From Seison nebaliae (taxonomy: Eukaryota), in NCBI GenBank assembly GCA_023231475.1, contig JALJEE010002316.1, positions 177,879 through 197,878 on the forward strand: a stretch of 20,000 nucleotides of DNA, given 5' to 3'. Of this stretch, positions 1 to 10,500 are shown piece by piece. The translations under genes were made by a program, and so were the position numbers. The notes under the pieces were generated by a model, which was not told the origin of the DNA, did no database searches, and saw only the letters and a program-made list of their open reading frames with translations. Position 1 is the first letter of the stretch; each line of letters starts with the position of its first letter.

Positions 1-1
1 A

Positions 2-109
2 TGTCGAAATCATCGTACACTGGTTGCTTTAAGAAGAAATGCAGAATTAATTCCCCGTCATCTCTTCCAGGAAATTATAGTTAATTTTACTTGGCGCAGG
101 ATAGAATAA
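2..109 (+). CDS. Possible 3' end of an upstream gene (CRNHRTLVALRRNAELIPRHLFQEIIVNFTWRRIE*), product unknown
   Basis: Frame 2 is open from the window edge to TAA at 107-109, with exon-like composition. I recognise no family. Confidence 0.3.
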   Translation, partial: CRNHRTLVALRRNAELIPRHLFQEIIVNFTWRRIE

Positions 110-739
110 ATTTCGACAATTCACTTCACATGCTTCGAGCCTTGAACGAATAGAGAGTTGATTTCTTGTGTAATTCGTCCTTTCTCATATACCAGTCCAT
201 TTCACTGCCCTTTAACTCGTTACAACTTCATGCACTTCATCTTGTCCTTTCCATATTCGCGAATAAATGTCGATTCCATTCCTTCTCAATTCCCATTTTT
301 CAAAATTTTAATAGATTTACATTATTAATTGAATATGAATAAAATATAATAGGTTTTCATTAATTTCCTATTAAGTCAAAATTTTTCTTGTTTATCACTC
401 TCGTGTTTTTATCGGGGAAAATTTTAAAAATTCCGACGCTAAGGAATATCATTCCAGTATTGTCCAATTCCAATAAAGGAAAGTTCTAATTTGTTAAAGA
501 AAGAAAATTATCGTCCGTATCTCGCAATAGTTCGCTCAGTTGATTGGTGTTGAAATGTGCAGAGTAGTGAAAGAACGTCAAATAAGTCGTTTATCGTACT
601 GGATAAAAGGAAAACATGTATCGAACAGTTTTAACATGAATTAGTCAGTGTAATGGAGCAGATCTAATAAGGAGATTACGTATCGAGCCCGAAAAAAGGA
701 GACGAAATAAATTGATGTTATGTTTTTCAAGTTTAGCGA

Positions 740-3700
740 ATGAAGAGTATCCGGAGACATACAGTTTCTACCGGTTTCTATGGTAAATTTGTGATGAACA
801 ATCTATTCTACGACGATTCTCATTCATCTCGTATCCGTTTGCTTATTAATAATCGCAAGCTGAAAAAAAATATCTGTCGAAGTAATCTACCTATATGTGA
901 GAAGCGAATGGATAAGTTTCATAATATGAACTGCATCTTTAATCATAATAATGACGATGAAGATGATGTATCGGAATCACGGATGATAGAAACGTCGAAC
1001 AACCATCTGAATGTTGAAGAGGAGAATCATTGTCGAACCAAAATGTCTTCTTCTCCATTAGTTTCACGTAAACGTAAAACAACCGCGAAATATGACGAAC
1101 GAAAATCGGAAGAGATTCATCGAAACAAACCGAAGGAAACGTCGATGGAAATAAAGTTTGATGCGAAGGATCAATTGACGAGAAAAGAATTATCGGGGAA
1201 ATACCTTGAATTATATTTCACAACTCTTTTCTTTCCCTCAGATAATAAGTTAACAATGAAATTATTCGGTAATAGGAATGCACTTTTGAAGGAGAAGATG
1301 CGGCAAGAGAATGTTGGTCATTGGATCATCCATCCTTGTAGTAATTTCCGGTTTTACAATCTCTTCCACCATTCAACTCTAATCAACTTTTCAGTTTCTA
1401 TTGGGATTTGTTAATGCTAGGATTATTAATGGCAAATCTAATTATATTACCGGTGGCAATCTCATTTTTTAATGACCGACATTATCCTACCAAATGGTTA
1501 ACATTCAACATATTCTCCGATTCCTTCTTCATTCTCGATGTGGTCGTTAATTTTCGTACAGGTTCTCATTCATATATTAAATTATTTCTTTTAAATAATT
1601 TATCATATATTCATATTGATTTATTTATTTATTAAATTTCCCATTCATTCACTCCCATTCATTCACTCCCAACATTAACGAAGGTATTTTAACTAATGAT
1701 TATGCCGAAGAAATAATATTGGAACCGAAAGCAATCGCCAATCATTATTTACGAACTTGGTTCGTTATCGACATGTTGAGTTCGTTACCGTTGGACTACA
1801 TCTTCATCATATTCGAAGATACTGATACCAATTCGAGTTATGTGAAAACGGGTCGTGCATTCAAAGTTCTCCGATTGACCAAATTGATCAGTTTATTGAA
1901 GTTGTTGAGAGTGTCACGTCTCATTCGATATGTTCGTCAATGGGAAGAGGTATTGTATTTATCATTATTAAGAGATTTATATGGTTTTTAATTTTCTTAA
2001 GTTTTTAAGTGTCGCTGGAATGGTTATGAGAATATTAAATTTAGTTTGTTTAATTTTACTATTGGGTCATTGGAATGGTTGTCTACAATTTCTCGTTCCA
2101 ATGTTACAAGATTATCCAGAAGACTCTTGGGTAATTCTCGATAATATAAAAGTAGAATTGAATTAAAAGATTATGTTAATAATAATGTTTTTAGGATGAG
2201 ACTTGGTTCATCCAATATACTCATTCGTTGTTCAAAGCATTGTCACATATGTTATCGATTGGTTATGGGAAGAATGCTCCTCGTACCAATTCCGATATGT
2301 GGATGACAGTGTTAAGTATGATGCTCGGTGCGACATGTTATGCGATAATGATTGGTCATGTTTCCGCTCTAATTCATAGTTTCGATGCTTCGAAAAGAAT
2401 GTATAACGAGAAAGTTTATTTCTTTCTATTCCATCAAACCGTTTAACCATTTCTAGTATAAACAAGTGGAGGAATATATGGCTTGGAGGAAATTACCGAG
2501 AGCGATGCGGAAACGTATTCGTGATTATTATGAACATCGATATCAAGGGAAAATGTTCGACGAGGAGAATATTCTCAACGAGATATCGGAAAGATTAAGA
2601 GAAGTTAAAATTTAAATTTAAATTTCTCCATTTTCCATTGTTAGGATGTCTTGAATTATAATTGTCGCTCTTTGGTGGCGAATGTTCCGTTTTTCGCTAA
2701 CGCCGATCCGAATTTCGTATCTGATGTTGTCAACAAACTCAGATATGAAGTTTATCAGCCATGTGACATTATCGTGAAAGAAGGAACGATAGGAACGAAA
2801 ATGTATTTCATACAAGAAGGAGTGGTCGACGTTTTAAAATCGGATGGAGAAGTGTTCACTTCCTTAAGTGATGGTTCTTATTTCGGAGGTTATTCTTTTA
2901 TTTTTTAAATTTATTTAATTTAGATTTTTTTTAGAAATTTGTTTATTAACAAGAGCTAGAAGGACGGCTAGTGTTCAAGCGGTGACATATTGTCATTTGT
3001 TTTCTTTGTCCATCGAAAATTTCAATATCGTTCTCGATCAATATCCATTAATGCGACGTACGATTGAATGTGTTGCGGCGGAGAGATTGACGAAATTAGG
3101 GAAGAATCCGAACGTGATTAATTCCAGTGAAGATTTGAGGAAAGATCAAGAATTGATGAATGAAATAATTGAGCAGAATAGTGATGAAGCGAGAAATCTC
3201 ATTTCGAACTATTTGGATGTAATGCCAATGAAAAGTTTAAATTTTTTTCATCTTTCAAAATAATTTTAATTAATTTTAATTTAATTAAATTTAAATATAT
3301 TTTTTAGGAATGTTTGTTGATGAGAATTTAGAGGATTATTTAAATGGCGCCGTCAATGCCGATTCGACCAGTACTCAATTTAGTCGTCATCCACCCAAAA
3401 TGCAGACATCATTTGCGCTAACATCTCCTGACAGTTCATCCATTCGCGCCTTTAAACGACCGACAGTCGACTCGAAGATTATAAATAGAACGGGATCATT
3501 TCTTCGATCGAAGAAGTTGTTCATTCCGAAACAAACACACGCATTCAGTGAAGATGATCTCTCCATACCTTATATCGACAGTGATGCCTCATCATTTGAA
3601 GGATCGTGTCGCAATTCGTTAGCACCAAACCGTCTGTCCAGTTCGCTGTCAGTCGATTTTCTACATCGATTATCGGAGAAGAAACGTCAAAATAATTCAA

Positions 3701-5562
3701 AAAAAAATAAATCATTGAAAACTTGTCGATATCATGAACAGACGAAGATTCAAGAATTGAGAAATAGTTTGAAAATTAGTCGTCAAAGTCTCTTCAATCA
3801 TTTCCGTACCATCAGCGAATCGTACAAAATCCGGAAAACTCTGGTGCAAACTAATTCGGAAAAGAATTTATTAAAACCGGCCGTTCAAGATGAAATTACT
3901 TCTCATTTATCACCATTCCAAAATAGTGGAATTGCCAATGTTTTCCGCTCGTCAGTTTTCCATAAAATTGGTGATGTCATTACTGCACCGAGATATGCGC
4001 TAAAAAAAAGTAAACCATATTCGAAACCGGTTTTGCTTAGAAATGAAACGAAACAATTAACATCGATGGACAAGATTTCTGTGTATAAGAATTGTCTGAA
4101 TCCGTATGATAAATTTGTTTCCGATTCACATAAATCCAATTTGAGGCGTGATGATAATTCGATGATATCGATGGCGAAAGATGACGTTCTATCAATCAGG
4201 AATTGTTATCGACGTTCAACCGAATATACGATGCCTAGTCAACGATCAAGTGGATTGTCGAATACATCTGATTTGATTGATAATCAATCAATCTTCCAAA
4301 CTAAATCATCACTTTCCGATCAAACACTCAATGATGATGATATCGAAATGAATCCGAAAGATTCAGTTGGTAGTAAACATTCGGAGAAGAAGAATTTATT
4401 TCGAAAAACCATGAGTAAAATTCTCCCGATGATTAAACATAAGAAATTATTGAAAGAAAATGATTCATCGTCAAAAAAATCATCAATCGCCTCACTCACT
4501 AGACAAAATTCGATCATCATCAAACAATCAAGTCAAAGTACGATATCGTCACATCATCGAAATGAGAAATGTCCAAATCCAATTATTACGATTGAGAATG
4601 AAGAAGTCGATTTGAATAAAGACGATCATCAACTAAATGGTAAATGTCGACAATCGATGATTGGTCCATTGAATAAATTTAGAAATATCGTTCGATCTGT
4701 TGGAAGTAACAGTGCAATTTTGGAGGAGCATAAAACGGATGTTGTGGAATTGGATTTAGAGAATAATCAATCCTTATTTTCCGGTGATGTTGGACGTCGT
4801 TTAACGATTAGTGAGAAATTGAAAAGTCGAAAAATTGGATCGACACTTTTTAAAACTCCGAAAAATCAACCACTTCAAGCCACCGTCGATGCTCAAGGTG
4901 TCTATCAGAGAAAGTTACGTTCCACCGAAGATCCCGCCATGTTATTCCATATGTTATTGACACCGGATGAAATATCAGCAGAAAGTGAAATGCAACAAAG
5001 ACAACAATTATTACAATGTAATCTTCCTTTTTTACAATTGGCGAGAAATACTTCATTCAATTCTTCGAATAATCTCAATGAATTGAATGAGAATTCCTCC
5101 GTCAAATTGGAGGATGGTACGTTGTCTCCAAAATTCCAAAGTTTTCGACAATCAAAATTCAATGTGAATGATGAGAACGAATCTATGATACAACAACCAC
5201 TCATTCATACGTCGAATAATGAACTGTCCAATTTTCAAAATTTTACAGATAAATTTGATGAAAGTGATTCGAATTATAACAAATTAACACAAACTAATTT
5301 AAATCGATGTTTCCGAGTACCATCCGTTCGCATTCAAACCAACTCCACTACTCAACATTACGACAACTTATTTCAAAATCCTTCATCCAAACGACCAGCT
5401 GCGGAGAATATTCTAACAACCGCATTACAAAACCGTCTCAAAGACGCCATTGATATAGTGGAACCGAAAAGTTTAGGCGAAAAGAAACAATTTGCAACTA
5501 TTGCTAGAAATATTTTGAGGAAACAGAAAACTAATTATTTGGGAGTGCAAGAAACCGAGTAA
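740..5562 (+). CDS. HCN: Hyperpolarization-activated cyclic nucleotide-gated channel (HCN/Ih), 9 exons, ~1452 aa
   Basis: Exons 740-1350, 1395-1561, 1684-1949, 2002-2151, 2195-2413, 2457-2603, 2645-2888, 2935-3234 and 3308-5562 join into one 4359-nt frame. Motifs: [16 protein letters not shown]4 [44 protein letters not shown], pore [14 protein letters not shown]-linker [39 protein letters not shown]. The start codon is uncertain (later ATGs exist). Confidence 0.97.
1639..1671 (+). repeat. 14-nt tandem duplication (cccattcattcact x2) in HCN intron 2
   Basis: Exact copies at 1640-1653 and 1654-1667, plus a partial third copy. Confidence 0.85.
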
Positions 5563-6051
5563 GAATGAACTTAAATTATTTATATCATTTTTAAATAAAT
5601 CTACAATAAAGTTTATTGAATAAACTGAATAAATTACAAATGATTTTATCCAACCTAATTTCCTTTCTAATCTTCTTAACATCAATTATTAACAATTATT
5701 CTACACATTTTATGTTCCTACTAGAAAGAGTAAATCAATTTTCTACGATTCAAAAAATTTTTTTTTAAATTTGCATAACTTTATTATCGGTGAAATATAA
5801 TTTGGTGAAAATAGTTATCTTCACCATTTTCATCTTTAGTTTATTTTCATAATTTTGTGACATTATTTAAGAATTCTTGTTGTTTGTTAATGTTTTGCTT
5901 GATGTGATTTAGTGAGAGATGTTATCATTGTTGATAATATTAGCTTATAATAGAATTGTTGAATTAGAAATAATTTAGACAGATTCTTATTCGAAATTGT
6001 TATTTTTGAATTCGAATTGAATAATTAGCGTCTAAATAAATTATATGGGAA

Positions 6052-6225
6052 ATGGCAAAGCGGTTATTGAAAGCGAATTCTGCCAAGAAAATTTGGGCAT
6101 CATATGCAATCATCATAACCTTGGGAATTTACGGATTTACATGGGTGCGAAAAGACGTCGAACATCAACGATTTCTATCGATGAAGGAAAGACAAAAGCA
6201 AAAAGAATTGATGAAAGAATCTTAA
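6052..6225 (+). CDS. 57-aa single-pass membrane microprotein, possibly mitochondrial
   Basis: MAKRLLKANSAKKIWASYAIIITLGIYGFTWVRKDVEHQRFLSMKERQKQKELMKES*: basic N-terminus, one hydrophobic helix, charged helical tail. It is shorter than any ORF in the track, which lists the overlapping wrong frame (6045-6242) instead. Confidence 0.7.
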   Translation: MAKRLLKANSAKKIWASYAIIITLGIYGFTWVRKDVEHQRFLSMKERQKQKELMKES

Positions 6226-6384
6226 ATTATGGGAATATTTAGAAGTAATTTCTTTCCAACATTTTTCTTTGAGATTTCATTTTAATAATATTCAAAAAGA
6301 AACAAATTTTATTTATTTTACATTATTTCTCAATATATTTCGTTCCACAAAAGATTTAAAATTTTATCGCTTCATTCCACCAAA

Positions 6385-7214
6385 ATGAAGTCGATGTGGA
6401 CACAATCGATTCGGAATTATGCGAAACGAATGAGAAGTCCAAAATTTGTCGATTATAAATCGGGAGACAAAGTTGGACTGCCGATTGTGGAGAGTGAAAC
6501 GATTATGAAAATTTCTCAAAATTCTCAGCCGAACATGTTCCATCATTTTGTTTTTCTCAATAATTTTATTTTAAATGAAAGATTTGAAGAGAAATTAAAG
6601 AAATTATTTTCCTTAGAATATCATCGGAAAGTTCTCCTTTTTTCTCTTTTCATTGAATTCAAACGAATCTTTTCTTAAGAATGAATTGTATAATTGGCAA
6701 GAAAATATGCTCGTCTCTTTAGTCTCGCCCAATTTGAACGACGAAAACGACGTTGGTGTACAAATAGCGAAATTAACAGGACGAATTCGTAAAGAGATTG
6801 TCCATCATCAGGAATTGAATGAAGTTCATAAAGGTCTTAATGAAATTATCTTTTAAATGAATTTAGGATGGTTGGGCGTCAGCTGTTTGTCGAAATAATG
6901 TAATGAGACGGAATGATTTATTGTCAGAATTACGACGCCTGGATAAGGACCGTTATGAATACATTAAATCGATATTAAAAATTGATCATTATATTCCTGG
7001 GGAATACTCACGATTCAAGATGACAGTACATGGACGTCGACGATGGGAATTGAAGCAATTAGCTCATAATTATCGGATGTACAAATTAGAGAGATTGAAA
7101 GAGGAATCGAAAGGGAAACAAGAAGAATTTGAAAAATATAAAAAGAAGAAATTGAAAGAGATTAATAATCGACTGAAATTAATTGGATTGGAATGTTTGC
7201 CTGAAAATAAATAA
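6385..7214 (+). CDS. MRPS15: Mitochondrial small-subunit ribosomal protein S15 (uS15m), 4 exons, ~230 aa
   Basis: Exons 6385-6536, 6582-6630, 6680-6823 and 6867-7214 total 693 nt. S15 signature: VGVQIAKLTGRIRK..HH..D...RRNDLLSELRRLDKDRYEYIKSILKI. The basic N-terminus looks like a targeting peptide (SIRNYAKR). Confidence 0.88.
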
Positions 7215-7242
7215 ATTTCTTTATTCTTCTTCTTATCATACT

Positions 7243-7317
7243 CACACCGATGGATGGATTGTGTGTTTGTACAAACGAAAATTTCTACATCCACACAATC
7301 CTCCAGTTAACGATGTG
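7243..7317. other. Long imperfect stem-loop between MRPS15 and TRPA1
   Basis: Perfect 10-bp inverted repeat ggattgtgtg (7256-7265) / cacacaatcc (7292-7301), extended inward (tgta/taca, aaa/ttt) and outward (tgga/tcca, cacaccg/cgatgtg). Confidence 0.55.
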
Positions 7318-7508
7318 TTGAAGCGAAATAATTATTCACATTCCATACTTCCATACGAGTAACTATTTCTATCAACTAATTAAAAAAGATGACTGATAAT
7401 CATCAAAATGATACTTTGGTTTGAGTAAATCGAAAAAATCTAAAAATCTTCTTTATATTTTTCCAACATTGAAACGAATCGAATAAATTGAATAGTTTTT
7501 AAAAAATA

Positions 7509-10500
7509 ATGGACGGGAAAATTTGTGTGATGTCGGAAAGTCCTCTTTGGATCATAAAAGTTCATTTGAAATTTAATAATAATTAATTTTAATTAAATAA
7601 TTTTTAATTTTAATGTTAATTGTGGAATAAAGTTAGCATCGACTAATGCAAAAAAACGATTTGAGAAAGAAATCAAGAAATGTCCAGAAAAACTTTATGT
7701 CCATGATTCCCAATATCGAACATGTGCACATGTTGCTGCTAATAAGGGATCGATTGACGTATTGGAAGTCATTACAAAATTGGATGGAAGTTGAAAATTT
7801 TAAGATTTTCATAATTATTATTCACATTATATAATTATAGAGATGTTGAATATGTTGGATAATAACGGAAACACACCATTATTTTCAGCGGTGGAAAACG
7901 ACGAAGTTGAAATTGTTCAATTTCTTTTAGGACAACATGTGATAGAATTAAGACATCTGAATAATGATGGTCTGCGCATCGTGACATATGCCGTGGTCAA
8001 TCATAAGATGAATTCATTAGAAGTTATTTTGGAATTTAATACCAAATTAGAATTTGAATTTTTCAAGTGTTTATTAAAATCGTCAAGAATTAGAGTTGAC
8101 GAAGTAGATAAATGGGGAGATTCGGCTCTACATTATGCTGCTAGAAATAATTGGAGGACATCTGCTAATATTTTGGTTTGAGAATTTGTGGAATATTTCA
8201 AAAGAATCAACATCTTTTCCTTCAGTTAGAATCTGGTGCTGATATGTTTCTGTTAAGTAAACATGGTAAAACTCCGTTTCATTTAGCCGCTATGTATGTG
8301 TCGAATGATGTACTAGAAGAGTTTTTCCGTGTTGCTGAACTTAAAGGATTTTCTCGAGATGAAGTGATGGAATTCACTTGCAACGAATCTAGTCAACCAT
8401 TACATTCGGCTGTCAATAGTGGTTCGATTGAAGCGGTCAATCTTTGCTTGTCACACAATAGTCGAATTACCAACACATTAGTTCTACTTTTGGAATAATT
8501 TGAATAAATGATTAATTAATTTGAATTTGAATATGGTTTTGTAGGATGATAAATGTACACCCGTCCATCTGGCCTCCATGTTGGGCTCATATGACATTTT
8601 AGATCTTTTATTAAGGAATTCCACTGAAGACACTTCGACAGTTATGGAAATGGTGGATCTTCAAGAACAAACGCCACTTCATAAAGCCGCAATGTTCGGT
8701 CATTTGAATGTCTGTCAATTACTTCTTCTTAATGTTAGATCAGAATTATGATGAAAGGATTATTATTATTACTACTCTAGAACGCAGCGATAGATGCGAA
8801 AGATATTAAAGGTAGGACGCCGTTGTTATTAGCTGCGAGGAAAGGCGCTTATTCCGTTGTCCAACATTTGCTCGACCATCCCGACGGAAAATTGAATGGC
8901 TTCGACTACTTAGGCCGAAATATTCTTCATTTACTTATTCAAAATAATGCCCAAGATTTCGAAAGAATTCAATCATTAATTAATTCTGTTGCTTTCTCAC
9001 TCATTCAACAAATTTATTATTCTTTTCGTTCTAGAGACCATCATTATTGAAATTATTAAAACTAACAGATAATAACGGAAATACACCGTTACATTATGCT
9101 TGTGAAATCGGCTGTGTTGGTATGGTCGATGTTCTCATTAAATTGGACGACGATATTTCCCCAAAGAATAAAGTTCTGCTTTTTTTTTCATTTCTCATCG
9201 ATATTCATTTCTGATTTTACGAAAGAATTTGAAAAGTCCGTTACATTTGGCGGCGGAATTCGGCAAATATAATGTCTGCGAATTATTGTTAAAGAATAGT
9301 GGTGGGAAGAGAAATATGGTGAATGAGATCGATAAGAATGGATTTACACCGTTGCTCTACGCTTGCAAGAATGGAAAGAATAAGTTAATCGATCTCCTCT
9401 TAGAAATGGGAGGAATTCTATTAAAGTTTTTTTTTCTTGTTTGAATTTTCCATAATTTTTTTGAAGAGATTTCGAAGGTAATACTGCCATACATCATGCT
9501 GCGAGTGGTGGCCATTATACGACAATCACAAAATTATTAAAAACACACATTCATCTGATCAATTCGGAAAATGTGGTGAAAGTTTTGTTACATTTTTTCA
9601 TTCATAAATTGTTTTCAATTGTTTTCAAATACAATTTGTCCATTTTATTCTCAAATATAATTAGTCCATTTTATTCTAAAATACAATTTGTCCGTTATGT
9701 TTCCAAATACATTTTATCCGTTTTATATTATATTATTGTCAAATATAATTTGTTCATCCTTTCCATTTCTTTTTAGAATACGGCCTTACATTTAGCAACG
9801 CTCAACAATAAACCGAATATTATTATTTGTTTAATGAGTTATAAAGAGATTCGATATAGCAGGAATGCGAATAATCAATTATTTATCGATCTCGCTATCG
9901 AATTGTCATTGGAAGATTGTTGTAATGTGGTAATTAAACATAATTCGTGGAAAACGATTCTTACAATGGATTCCTTGAAATATCGAACGCCCTTTATTGG
10001 CATGATCGAACGATTACCCAAATGTGCTCTAGTTATTATTTTGCCTTAATTTGAAAAGAACAAATTTTCATTCATAGAATGCTTTGGATCGATGTTATCA
10101 ATCATCAAATCAATTACCTTATCATCCAGATTTTAAGGTTTTACTTCACAAAATTTTTTTCTCACCGAAAACAATTTTTAGTTAACTGTCAATTTCTGTT
10201 TGTTAAGATGGACAGCTGATCAAGCTGAATCATTGAAGAGAATGATAAAAGAAATAGAAGAAAAACGGAAAAATGAGAAATTGGAGAAATCGGATAAAGA
10301 GAAACGACTTAGGAAAAGTTCATCATTTAGCGGAATGATACCAAATAAATTAACTCACAAATCATATTCCATCCTACAAATTCCCACATTCATGAATTTG
10401 GCTGAGAATAGTTCCCGTTTATCTCCCTCATCGATGGTGAATAAAAAATCGGTAATTGACGGTCTATTAGAAAAAACTGAGAATAATTTATATAGTTTCG

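Noticed and set aside
3903..5685. Five minus-strand ORFs
   Set aside because: Antisense shadows of the long HCN exon, with no motifs.
6045..6242. 65-aa ORF from the track
   Set aside because: The overlapping frame starting at 6052 gives a far more protein-like TM peptide.
9625..9764. CRISPR-like appearance of the 26-nt repeats, and ORF 9573-9776
   Set aside because: The units are degenerate and head-to-tail without unique spacers, inside a spliceosomal intron of an animal gene.
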